From the NCBI RefSeq assembly GCF_011745625.1, contig NW_027191453.1, forward strand, positions 930,001 through 994,000: a DNA stretch of 64,000 nt. The letters are read 5' to 3'. The notes under the pieces were generated by a model. It did not search any database. It saw nothing but the letters and a program-made list of their open reading frames with translations, and was not told where the DNA came from. Below are positions 10,843 through 20,885 of the stretch, in pieces; the first letter of the stretch is position 1; every line of letters begins with the position of its first letter. The DNA is from Cladosporium halotolerans (taxonomy: Eukaryota). A program made the translations under genes and the position numbers.

Positions 10843-11570
10843 TCGTGACCATCTAAACGCCATCTACTGCATTGCGATTTTTTTGTTTATCTTTGGGAAT
10901 TTCTAGGACTGCATGGGAAATGCATAGCAAGGGAAAGGGACTTTCCTTAACCTCGACCTTCCGGAGAAATCTCCAATCGAGATCCTCCGACTTCTGACGA
11001 CTTTTACGAACAAATCTGGGACCCACAGGGAAATTGGGAAGAGGGAGCGTGGGCGCTCTCTCTCTCCCTGGAAATGGGACTTTCTTTTCGCCATCTTCTG
11101 TTTTATCTAATGTGCGAGGACCTTTCTGGTCTTTTGCCATATTTATTTTATATGGGTTTGCGTTGCGGTGGGAATAATGAACACGCGATGGGATGAGGAG
11201 GCAGGGCATATGGGCCCGTCTGTCTTTTGCGATCGGCTAGATTGTTGTTGATTTTGGAGGCGCGTGCAGCGAGGGTTGGAGGAGTGTAAGTAGATAGGCA
11301 ATTAATGCTATGGGTGGAGTGCTGCGGTGTCTTTGTCGTATTAGGAGCCTTTGCCATTCATCATTCCCGCAGGTGTCGTTTCCTACCAGGCGTGTCGCAT
11401 GCGTATTCGTAGGTAGTCTTAACGGAGCAAGTGCAAGTCTGACGTCTCGCCTCACCGACTTCCACGCACGCACACACGCACGTCTCCAAGAAGGGGGAAG
11501 ATCGCAATTCGCTCGAACGCTTCGATTCAAATGCTATTTTTCTGGCGTGGCAAGTCTGCTCTGCAACACC

Positions 11571-13106
11571 CTAAGCAGCCTCCTCGGCCTTCTTCTCCTT
11601 CTCAGCCGCCTGCTCCGCCTCCTTCTTCTCCCTCAGCGCCAACTTCTCCGCCTTCGCCGCCGCAACCTTCGCAGCCTTCCTCTCGCCCTTCGTCAGCTTC
11701 CCGTCCTCCCTCGGCGCACTCTCGCCCTCGCCCGCCTGCGCCGCCGGCGCCGCAGGGACCGGCTTCTTCGGGCTCGGGTTGCCGACGTACTCCAGCTTCT
11801 TCGGCCGCATGAACTCGCGCATGGCGTCGAGGTCGACCTTGCTCCTGCGCTCCTGGAAGGCCGCGACGAACTTCTGCAGCTCCGCGATGCAGCGCTGCTT
11901 CATCTCGCCCGTCAGCATCTCGCCGCTGCGGTACTTGGCGGCCAGGTCGTCGAGCTCGGCGTCGTCCTCGAGGAAGTACGACAGGTAGGTGTAGGCGACG
12001 TCGACGTCCGGGTTGCCGCCGAGCGCGCGCTGCTCCTCGAGCGTCTCGCGGCCGCCGGAGAAGGCGTGCCGGTTGATCTTGTTCTTGATCTGGCTGGGCG
12101 TGTCGGACATGAAGATGGCGGAGTTGGCGTCCGAGGCGCTCATCTTGCCGCCGGGGCCTTGCAGGGCGGTGAGGAACTTGGACAGGATGAGGGCGGTCTT
12201 CGGGTGCGGGTCGGTCATGCGCTCGCAGCGGTCGCGCAGCATGCGGAAGTAGGGCTCTTGGTCGATCGCGCAGGGGATGAGGGTCATTATTTTGGACAGG
12301 TCTTTGTGGCGGCGTTTGCCGGCTGGGTCGAGCTCGGGGTAGCGGTAGTCTTTGTAGCCGAAGAGTTCGGGGTAGGAGGATGGGAAGGCGGCGACGCATT
12401 GTTTGGCGCCGTAGGCGATGAGGCCGACGTTCGTCGAGCCGGTGAAGCCGAAGGCGCCTTCGGCTTGGTTGAACGTGAGGAGGGATTCGAACTCGGAGGC
12501 GTTGCGGTAGAAGTGGCCGCCGTTGAACTCGTAGTCAGTGTAGATGAAGGTCTTGTTGGGGTCGAAGCCGAGGGCGATGATGTCCTTTGCGTTCTCGTGT
12601 GCGAACTCGAGGAAGTCCTCCGCGGTCTGGCCCTTCTTTTGCACGCCGCCGTTCTTGTTGCGGGTGTACAGGTATTTCTCGTCGTCCGTCAACATGATCA
12701 CCAAGGGCACATCGAAGATCTCCTGAAGCTCTTTTGTGAAAAGGAAAGGCACCGTATGTCCCAAGTGCATGCTTCCACTGCTCGGTCCTCGCCCAGTGTA
12801 CAGCATGAACGTTCCATCTCTCTCGTAGGCATCCAGGATCTTGTCGAAGTCTCTATGCGAGAAGAACAGCCCTCTCCTCATCAATCTATGCGCAGGCTTG
12901 CCAGTGACTTGCTCGAAGCGCTTGAGGTGTGCATCCGTAAGAGGCTGTACGCCGAACAGCTCTATTAACCTGTTGTAATCGATTGCTTTTGCGTTTCCCG
13001 CCTCGTCCACTCCACCAGAGACATTGTAAGGGTCGATCTTCTGCTCGGCCGCCTCAATCTTCTGCTCGGCAACTGGGGGTGCGCCGGACGCCTCTGTGGA
13101 TGCCAT
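11571..13106 (-). CDS. Tryptophanyl-tRNA synthetase, eukaryotic cytosolic type (divergent, intronless)
   Basis: Motifs RRGLFFSHRD, YTGRGPSSGSMHLGH (HIGH), TDDEKYL, IPCAIDQEPYFR, KMSAS (KMSKS) and KINRHAFSGG. K/E/A-rich C-terminal extension. Confidence 0.95.
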   Translation of the reverse strand: MASTEASGAPPVAEQKIEAAEQKIDPYNVSGGVDEAGNAKAIDYNRLIELFGVQPLTDAHLKRFEQVTGKPAHRLMRRGLFFSHRDFDKILDAYERDGTFMLYTGRGPSSGSMHLGHTVPFLFTKELQEIFDVPLVIMLTDDEKYLYTRNKNGGVQKKGQTAEDFLEFAHENAKDIIALGFDPNKTFIYTDYEFNGGHFYRNASEFESLLTFNQAEGAFGFTGSTNVGLIAYGAKQCVAAFPSSYPELFGYKDYRYPELDPAGKRRHKDLSKIMTLIPCAIDQEPYFRMLRDRCERMTDPHPKTALILSKFLTALQGPGGKMSASDANSAIFMSDTPSQIKNKINRHAFSGGRETLEEQRALGGNPDVDVAYTYLSYFLEDDAELDDLAAKYRSGEMLTGEMKQRCIAELQKFVAAFQERRSKVDLDAMREFMRPKKLEYVGNPSPKKPVPAAPAAQAGEGESAPREDGKLTKGERKAAKVAAAKAEKLALREKKEAEQAAEKEKKAEEAA

Positions 13107-13529
13107 GATGCTTTCGTTATCTTTCGTGTGTATCGTCCAGAAAGTCTTCCAAGAAATCGTCCAGTCGTAAAGAGTGTGACCACCGTATGCTGTTCCCGTT
13201 TGGCTGACTCAATCGTGCCTGGCGTTTCAATTTAATCGCCTGCGCCCCACCACGCGGGGTACATGAGATTCACGCCTCAGGCAACCAGGCAACACAACTC
13301 CAGAGTGACCTCTCGCCCGGCTCTCCATGCAAGTCCGGATTGGCTCAACAACATGTCTCAGCTCGTAGTGTCTCAGCTGGGTCGTTGCTTATAGACACGT
13401 CTTCGGTATTTATAGATTATCCTTTTCATACTCAGTACGATTCTATAGTACCAGGAATCTCAACCACGTCTTCCAATATCACACAACGGCCTCATTCAAT
13501 CCACGATCCCAAACAAGCTTCGACCCAGC

Positions 13530-14654
13530 ATGTCATCCGAAGACGTGATTCAACGAGCCTTCGAAATAATAGGAGAAGCACTATCTTTAGAGCCCGAAGA
13601 CTTCCAAGACCACGAGACCTGGAAATTCCTCGGACTGGGCGACCTCCTCGCAACAGCAGTCGCCTCGGACCTAACCAACGAAACCGGCAAACCCATCGAC
13701 CCCTCAGACTTCACCACCCACCAAACCGTCGGCGCCTTCAAACAGTTCCTCCGCGGCGGCGACGGCAACAGCAAACCCGCCACATCCAACGCCACCAATG
13801 GCACCTCCACCACCACCACCTCGAAACCCACCGAGCCCACCGACCCCTGGCAAGGCCTCCCCAAACCCAAAGTCCCCCTCTCCGTGATCCTCCAAGGGAA
13901 GCCCTCCCCCTCCACAAAAACAACCCTCTTCCTCTTCCCCGACGGCTCCGGCGCCGGAACCGCCTACGGCACCCTCCCCCCTCTCTCCCCCACCACCTGC
14001 CTCGTAGCCCTCAACTCCCCCTTCCTCCGCCAAGCGAGCGCCTTCACCGTCTCCATCGAGCGCATGGCCGCCCTCTGGCTGCCCGAGATCCTGCGCCTGC
14101 AGCCCGAGGGGCCCTACGTGCTCGGCGGCTGGTCCGCGGGCGGGTACTATGCGTTCGAAGTCGCGAAGTTGCTCGTCAAGGCGGGGAAGAAGGTCAAGCA
14201 GCTGGTGCTGATCGACTCGCCCTGCAGGCTGGAGTTCGAGGCGCTGCCGGAGCAGGTGGTCGCGGAGCTGACGCGGAAAGGGCTCATGGGCGCCAGCGGG
14301 GCGCGCAAGGCGCCGGAGTGGCTGGTGCAGCATTTTACGTCGACGGTGCTGAGCGTTGAGCAGTATGCGCCGGAGCCGATGGGGGAGAAGGATGTGCCGC
14401 CGAAGGTGAGTTTCGTGTGGGTGAGGGAGGGGTTGGTGGAGAGCGTGGCGGAGTCGGGGCTGGAGGTCGATTTGGGCGTGAAGGTTACGCGGTTTTTGCT
14501 GGAGCCGAGGGAGGAGTTGAAGACGGTTGGGTGGGAGAGGTTGCTGCCGGGGGCGGAGTACGGCTTTGATTATATGACGGGGAATCATTTCCAGATCACG
14601 CAGTCGCCGCATGTGGAGAGCTTGGGGCGGATTTTGCAGAAGGTCGTGGAGTGA
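13530..14654 (+). CDS. Stand-alone carrier-protein-like domain + PKS-type thioesterase (alpha/beta hydrolase)
   Basis: N-terminal ACP-like helices (IIGEALSL...FLGLGDLLA...QTVGAFKQF). TE motifs LFLFPDGSG, GPYVLGGWSAGG (GxSxG), LIDSPC and GNHF. It resembles the ACP-TE tail of fungal non-reducing PKSs. Confidence 0.85.
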   Translation: MSSEDVIQRAFEIIGEALSLEPEDFQDHETWKFLGLGDLLATAVASDLTNETGKPIDPSDFTTHQTVGAFKQFLRGGDGNSKPATSNATNGTSTTTTSKPTEPTDPWQGLPKPKVPLSVILQGKPSPSTKTTLFLFPDGSGAGTAYGTLPPLSPTTCLVALNSPFLRQASAFTVSIERMAALWLPEILRLQPEGPYVLGGWSAGGYYAFEVAKLLVKAGKKVKQLVLIDSPCRLEFEALPEQVVAELTRKGLMGASGARKAPEWLVQHFTSTVLSVEQYAPEPMGEKDVPPKVSFVWVREGLVESVAESGLEVDLGVKVTRFLLEPREELKTVGWERLLPGAEYGFDYMTGNHFQITQSPHVESLGRILQKVVE

Positions 14655-15114
14655 TGGTTGGTCGAAGGTGGATTTCCGGTGCTAAAGTAAGCTGATGGGC
14701 TCGGTTAAAAGCAGAGCGGAATGTGGATGGAAGGTGTTATAATGGCGAACGGTTCACGTGGACGATCAAGTCGATATCAACAGCCTCAAGACAGGGAAAC
14801 CTCGAGGGCAGGGAAGACAGGTCGAATCGGCAGATGACGGTAACTCCTTTTTCCGGCTGCGCGAGATAGGCAGAGACCACTTGACTACAGACGATTGGAG
14901 CGAAGAGAGCAACGGCAGCGTCATGGAGGACATTCACATTCTGGGGATGCCTTCGAAACAATGAACAATAGCTTCCACAAACAAACTCCCGCCACGGAAC
15001 TCATATTTACGCTAAGCATCCCAAAGTCGTAACTCATAAACCCATCCGGTCTTATATCGTCCGTGTACAATCTCCACAGTGCCCTCTACTACCTCTACCC
15101 CTCTTCGCATTAAA

Positions 15115-16046
15115 TTACCTCCCGTTCTCAAGATCGGTAGTACCCTTGACCTCCTCCTCATCCTTGCCAGCCGAATCCTGGCCCGGGTTCGCATCCTCAT
15201 AGTTGAAGAACTTGATGAAATGGTAGAACCCACCCGCCACAAACGCGCCCAGCACAGGCCCCAGCCAATAAATCCAGTGGTAGCCAGGGAAGCTCGCAGA
15301 CGCGATGCATGGCCCGAAAGAGCGCGCAGGGTTCACGGAGGCGCCGGTGTAGTTGACGCCGGCGACCTCGACGACGAAGAGCGAGATGCCGATGCCGATG
15401 GGCGCGATGAAGGTGTCCTTGGACTTCTCGGCGGCCAGCATGAGGATTGTGAAGATCAGGTGGGCGGTGAGGAACTGGGAGTGGGAGCGTTAGTGAGGAG
15501 TGCGACTGGGGGAAGTTCGAGCGGGGTTCGATGCGTACCATTTCCAGGAACAAGCCTTGGGCGACGTTCATGCCGGGGGCGAGCCTCGTTTGCGTGACGC
15601 CGATATCGACGGGAATGATCACGCTCACGACTGCGGCGGCGACCATGCCGGCGATGATCTGGACCGGGAACAGCACCAGACCTCGCCAGGGCGGCAGAGT
15701 GCCCGTGATGACCATGCCGAGGGTGACGGCCGGGTTGAAAAGGCCGCCGCTGACGCGATAAAGCACCCAGGCCGCGATTAAAAGGCTGAAGCCGTAGCTG
15801 ATGGCGATGAAGACGACCGTTTGGTTGGAGTCGGCGCCGCCGTTAGCGGTATCAGGCGCTGCATTCACGCTCATGGGCATGGCCCAAGTATGCAGTGAAT
15901 AAAAACAAAAACGTTCCCACAAACTCTCCCGCTGCTGCGACGAAGTGCTTGCGAAAGGCGGATGATTCGTCCGCAGTCTTTGGAGTGAAGTAGCCGCACA
16001 TGGGCTGGTCGAGGGCATGACGCTTTGGTTGCCCGAAGGAAGACAT
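15115..16046 (-). pseudogene. Aquaporin (MIP family) with an apparent 1-nt frameshift (pseudogene or sequence error)
   Basis: ATG 16046 reads ...HFVAAAGEFVGTFLFLFTAYLGHA, then one extra C (run at 15875-15877), then MSVNAAP...SGGLFNPAVTLG...FLEM. Intron 15475-15538. Last exon FLTAHLIFTILMLAAEK...GASVNPARSFGP...HWIYWLGP. Both NPA boxes are intact. Confidence 0.85.
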
Positions 16047-16103
16047 GCTCGGTGAGGTGTGGTAAGGGTGTGACAGGCTCGGTGAGGTGAGGAAAGGGTG
16101 TGA
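16047..16103. repeat. Two-copy direct repeat, 30-bp period
   Basis: gctcggtgaggtgtggtaagggtgtga (16047-16073) and gctcggtgaggtgaggaaagggtgtga (16077-16103), abutting the aquaporin start codon. Confidence 0.9.
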
Positions 16104-18083
16104 TGCACAGTCAAAAGATAAAACGTTCTGCTGAAATAGATGGAAGATCGTTCGGAGTGAGATGGTTATGACCGAAGAATGCTAGAATGCTGACAGAAAA
16201 TGAAAGGAGGGAAAGCATGGTCCTTACCGTATGAACACAGTATTGCTGGCACAGGAAGCATTAAGCGGTGACGTCCATGGAGGCGGCACGAATGACCAGG
16301 CCCAACAACTCCGCACGCAGGGACGTGAACGCAAAGCGACATGGCGTCCCGTGTCTGTATAAGTACTTGGATGAAGCCACGCGTGCTCGAGTCGACGTTC
16401 AGACGATGAGAATGCTGAAGTCGACCTTGCATGGGGCAAATGATACCGCTGTGACGGCAGAATATGCATGCTTGCCGTGGTGATCCCACGGGTAGTGACG
16501 CGATGCGTTTGAGGGTTGCGGCTCACATCTGAGGATGCTGTTCGGTGATCGCCATCTTCGCTGGGGCCATAGGTGCAGGCGCGGGAGGCATGGGTAGGTG
16601 CAAGAGTGGTGAGAGGATGCGGTTGGTGAGAAGGCTGATGATCGGCATGGGAAGGCAAGGCTAGGTCGTGGAGCCAAGGGCGTGAAACGGGAGGGTGGCG
16701 TACGGGCGTGCGTGAGCGGCGCGGGTGGCTTCAAGGATCACTTGCCAACGGTGCGGGACTGACGTATGTAGTCCTTCGCTGTAAACATTTCTTCGTCTTT
16801 GGGTGCAAACCAAATGCGTTGACACGTGCGCATGCGGATAGTGAGGCGTTAATCCAGCGTCACCAAGTTGTCCTTGAAAGTTGCGGGTTGTCTGCTCGTC
16901 AAGCTTTGCCTGGGACCGCGTGCCCAACGGCCGAGCAGAGCCGCATGAGGTGCCAACAGGAGACGTCACTTTAGCGTCGCAAAAGTGGAAATTTGGCGGC
17001 GTCAAGATGGTAAAGTACCAGAGTATTTCCCAAGTGAACTTACAAGCCTTGGACGGCTCTCGACAATAATGACATAGTTGTTGCGGAATCTTGGCGCATT
17101 CGTCAGAAAGATAGGCTCCATGACCAGGCCTAGGCCAGGCTGTTATGAGGTTCCTATGCGCTACCGTAGAGGTTGATAATGCCGCTGGCACGCCAGTGTC
17201 AGGTACTTGTCGGACACACTCCAAGTCGGCCGAAGCACGTTGCGAGAAGGCCGATCATGTGACCCCGTGGTCCAGACGCGCGTGGCCTGCAGCCATAGTC
17301 TTAGGCTATAACGGCTTCATGTTGGACGGGTACTGCGAAGCCCTGCAATGTTCATGTGATTTCAGATATATACAGCCCGACTGGGAGAGGTCGGGTCTAG
17401 GGCAATGGTGCCTTAAACACGTGGACCTGGAGCCGCGACTCATCTCAGCGCAACCGGGCCACGCCAACAACGCAGCGAGTCAGTGCACTGTGCAGATGTT
17501 CAGTAGGCAAGATCAATGATTCCAGACACGTCGACGGAGATACCGTATGCTTCCCTTGTCCGCTGGGCAGGGGCACACAGGTCGGTGTAGCATGAATTAC
17601 CGGGCAGTCATCCGTGTCCCCTTTGGCCACACGGTTCGAGGGGCAATGGAATGGGACTCCGCGGCAGGCGACGGCGAAGCGATGGGCGGCGATGGGCGGC
17701 GATGCAGAGGAAATGCTCGATCTCGCCTACACGCGACGGGGTGACGGGGCCTTTGGCAGCGGGCAGCGGCAGCGGCAGCGCGGCGCAAAGCAGGGAAGAG
17801 GCTCGACGCGCAGAGCCAGCGCGCCAGCCCCGACTCCTGCTTGCGCCCCGGCAGCACGCAGCAGCAAGCACGGCAGCAAAGGGAGCTCGTGCGGCAAGGC
17901 AGGACTCCTTCGCCGGCGCCCATATCATCGTTCGTGCTGTTCTGTCCCAAGCGGCACCCACACCGTCGCGCCCGCGTCCATCCATAATACCACCCGCCAA
18001 ACACGTGCAGCACCGCCCGTCCCCAGCCGCAGCCCCAGAAAGCAAACTCGCGCCCGCGGATATGGCCGCTTAGTCACGCGGCA

Positions 18084-20885
18084 ATGGTTCGCTTCTCACT
18101 GACCCGTCCGTTCTTTCGACGCAAGCAGTCCGCGCCCACCACCTCCGACAACGCCTCTGTCGCCTCGGTCTTCTCTGTCGCCAGCACCTCAGCAGAAACA
18201 TCCCGCTCCACCGCCGACCCTCATCCGCTGGCTTCCCGCCCCACACGAAGCACTTCCTCCCTCACCAAGCTCCGCGGACGGCTGAACGGCGCTGCTCACA
18301 TCCCGGAGCCTGTCGCCGAGCAGCCGCGCGAGAGCTTGCTCGCTCCGTCACAAGAGGACGTCAAGAGCCCTCACGTATCCGCCGACGAGCTGCCCACTCC
18401 GTCTGACTCTGCCAACTGCTCCGGCAGCGAAACCTTGGACGGAGAGCGAGTGGATAATAAGACGGACAGTCCCTTGACTGCCGCCGACGACCCGCAACAC
18501 ACGAGTTCCGATGGAGAAGCAGCAGTAGATTCGCCGCCGCCGGTACTGGTCCTACAGGAACCCACTCCTGGCGCAGAAGAGCTTGGTCAAATCGCATCTG
18601 CTGTTGTCCAAGACGTAGAAGAGGAGGGAGCACCACCACCTCAGCCATACACTATTCCTGCGGAAAATACACAGGCGACGGATTTCGTGGAAAACTCTCA
18701 GCGACGCTCATCCAGTCGTGTTTCGACTCGAGACACCAGCATCGTAGCCTCTGAAGAGAGACGGCAGAGCATCGTTAACAGCGCCAATGCTAACATTGTG
18801 AAGACGCTGGTTGACATTCCCGCTGCAAAGGACCCACTGAAGCTGGACACAGACGATAGCGCACCTCTGCCGAGTACAGTACTGGATTATTTCACACCTG
18901 GCCTACCGGATATGTCCACGATGTTACAACGCAAGATTTGGGTCAAGAGGCCTGGTGCCTCGGCCACTCTTGTGCAGATAAAAGAAGACGACCTCGTCGA
19001 TGACGTGCGAGACATGATTTTGAAGAAATACGCAAACTCTCTCGGAAAGACTTTCGACTCACCAGACATGCTGCTGAGGATTGTTTCGAGAGGAGACCAT
19101 GGCCAACCACGGACCGACCGAGTTCTGGGACCCGAAGAGCGGATGTGCCGCACGATTGACTCTACCTTCCCCGGAGGTCAGACGGTCGACGACGCGTTGG
19201 TGATTGACGTGCCGCCGAAGCGCACGCCTCGCCCCTCACCGCGAATGTATCACTATCCTAGCCACTATCCCATGGAGGATCAACGCCCTATGGAGAGTGG
19301 AACGGACTACTTCCCGCCTATGCCTGCGATTGTGCATCCAACCATGCCAATGACCGCTGGATCACACGAGAGTCGGCCAAGCGTACATAGCGACCACCAG
19401 CGCTCAATATCTGTGCTTAACACCGGCCAAATCCCACCCATACCCTCGCCGGGCGGTACAAGAAGGCATCGACCAAAGTTTGTCCGCCAACACACATCCT
19501 CCCCAACAATTGTCCAGCATCCTTCCAATGCTGGTGCTGTCGCGGTTCCTCAATCAAACACTCTCCTCCCTCAGCAACAACACCTACCTCATCGCAGCGC
19601 ACAACTCCGCCCTCGTACCGAGTCCAACGTGTCCGAGCACCCTCGGCCACACCTGCCCAATGGCACAGCTACGACGGCACCGATCCCAACACCACCAGCG
19701 TCCGAGAACACTGCTCCAGGCTCAAACCCGCCGACGCCGTCTTCAGCCCAAACATCGCATGCCCAGCGCGCCCCTAGACTCAAGAAGGGCAGCCGGAAAC
19801 CCACACCCGACAAGCCCGGCAAAGGCCCCCGCCGCGACCGCAACGGCAACCCGGAATCGCCGCAACCCAGCCTTACCTCCAGCATGCTCGACGCCTCGAT
19901 CCCGCCCATCAACGTCCTCATCGTCGAGGACAACATCATCAACCTGCGCATCCTCGAGGGCCTCATGAAGCGCCTCAAGGTCCGCTGGGAGACCGCCATG
20001 AACGGCCAGATCGCCGTCGACAAGTGGCGCGGCGGCGGCTTCCACCTGGTCCTCATGGACATCCAGATGCCCGTCATGAACGGCCTGGCGGCCACGAAAG
20101 AAATCCGCCGCCTGGAGAAAGTCAACGGCATCGGCGTCTTCTCCTCCAGCGCGCCCTCCAGCCCCGTCGAGCACCGCGGCACGGCCAAAACCCCACAGCA
20201 GCAGCCCGACGGCGAGGCCGACGCCAACGGCGACGCGGAGCCCAAGCGCAAGAAATCCGCCGACCGCCTGCCCAACGCCGCCGGCATGTTCAAGTCGCCC
20301 ATCATCATCGTCGCCCTCACCGCCTCGTCCCTGCAATCCGACCGCCACGAGGCCCTGGCCGCGGGCTGCAACGACTTTCTGACCAAGCCGGTCAATTTCG
20401 TCTGGCTCGAGCGCAAGGTCAAGGAGTGGGGCTGCATGCAGGCGCTGATCGACTTCGACGGCTGGCGGCGCTGGAAGGACTACGCGAACAAGGAGGAGGA
20501 GGGCAAGAGCGAGGAGCAGAAGCGCAAGGAGCGCGAGGACGAGGAGAAGCAGAAGCGGAAGATGGAGAAGCTGGCTGTCTTGCAGGAGCGGCAGAAGGCG
20601 AAGAAGGAGGCCGACGAGGCGAAGAAGAGGGCCGAGAGGGAGAAGGCGGAGAGGGAGAAGGAGAGGGAGAATGCGGCTGAGGAGCCGGCGGAGAAGCCGG
20701 TGACGTCGGACGAGGTGGCGAGCAAGGTCGACGGCAACGGCGACGGCGATGTGGGAGCGGAGGTTGACAGGGAGAAGGAGGAGATTGAGAAGGATGCGAA
20801 GGCGATGGAGGTTGAGGAGGATGACGGGGCGAACCCGCCGCCCGAGGCTGAGCCGCCGGCTGTTACTGTCGACGAGGCGAAGTGA
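18084..20885 (+). CDS. SSK1: HOG-pathway two-component response regulator Ssk1/SskA
   Basis: Conserved QRKIWVKRPGASATLV...DDVRDMILKKYANSLG block. Receiver domain PPINVLIVEDN...LVLMDIQMPVMNG...IIVALTASSLQSDRHEALAAGCNDFLTKP...EWGCMQALIDFDGW. Confidence 0.95.
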   Translation: MVRFSLTRPFFRRKQSAPTTSDNASVASVFSVASTSAETSRSTADPHPLASRPTRSTSSLTKLRGRLNGAAHIPEPVAEQPRESLLAPSQEDVKSPHVSADELPTPSDSANCSGSETLDGERVDNKTDSPLTAADDPQHTSSDGEAAVDSPPPVLVLQEPTPGAEELGQIASAVVQDVEEEGAPPPQPYTIPAENTQATDFVENSQRRSSSRVSTRDTSIVASEERRQSIVNSANANIVKTLVDIPAAKDPLKLDTDDSAPLPSTVLDYFTPGLPDMSTMLQRKIWVKRPGASATLVQIKEDDLVDDVRDMILKKYANSLGKTFDSPDMLLRIVSRGDHGQPRTDRVLGPEERMCRTIDSTFPGGQTVDDALVIDVPPKRTPRPSPRMYHYPSHYPMEDQRPMESGTDYFPPMPAIVHPTMPMTAGSHESRPSVHSDHQRSISVLNTGQIPPIPSPGGTRRHRPKFVRQHTSSPTIVQHPSNAGAVAVPQSNTLLPQQQHLPHRSAQLRPRTESNVSEHPRPHLPNGTATTAPIPTPPASENTAPGSNPPTPSSAQTSHAQRAPRLKKGSRKPTPDKPGKGPRRDRNGNPESPQPSLTSSMLDASIPPINVLIVEDNIINLRILEGLMKRLKVRWETAMNGQIAVDKWRGGGFHLVLMDIQMPVMNGLAATKEIRRLEKVNGIGVFSSSAPSSPVEHRGTAKTPQQQPDGEADANGDAEPKRKKSADRLPNAAGMFKSPIIIVALTASSLQSDRHEALAAGCNDFLTKPVNFVWLERKVKEWGCMQALIDFDGWRRWKDYANKEEEGKSEEQKRKEREDEEKQKRKMEKLAVLQERQKAKKEADEAKKRAEREKAEREKERENAAEEPAEKPVTSDEVASKVDGNGDGDVGAEVDREKEEIEKDAKAMEVEEDDGANPPPEAEPPAVTVDEAK

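Noticed and set aside
11310..12968. 552-aa + strand ORF; similar long antisense ORFs at 7870-9234, 22877-24289, 29093-30013 and 46539-47324
   Set aside because: These are shadows of real genes on the opposite strand, caused by high GC3 codon bias. They have no recognisable motifs.
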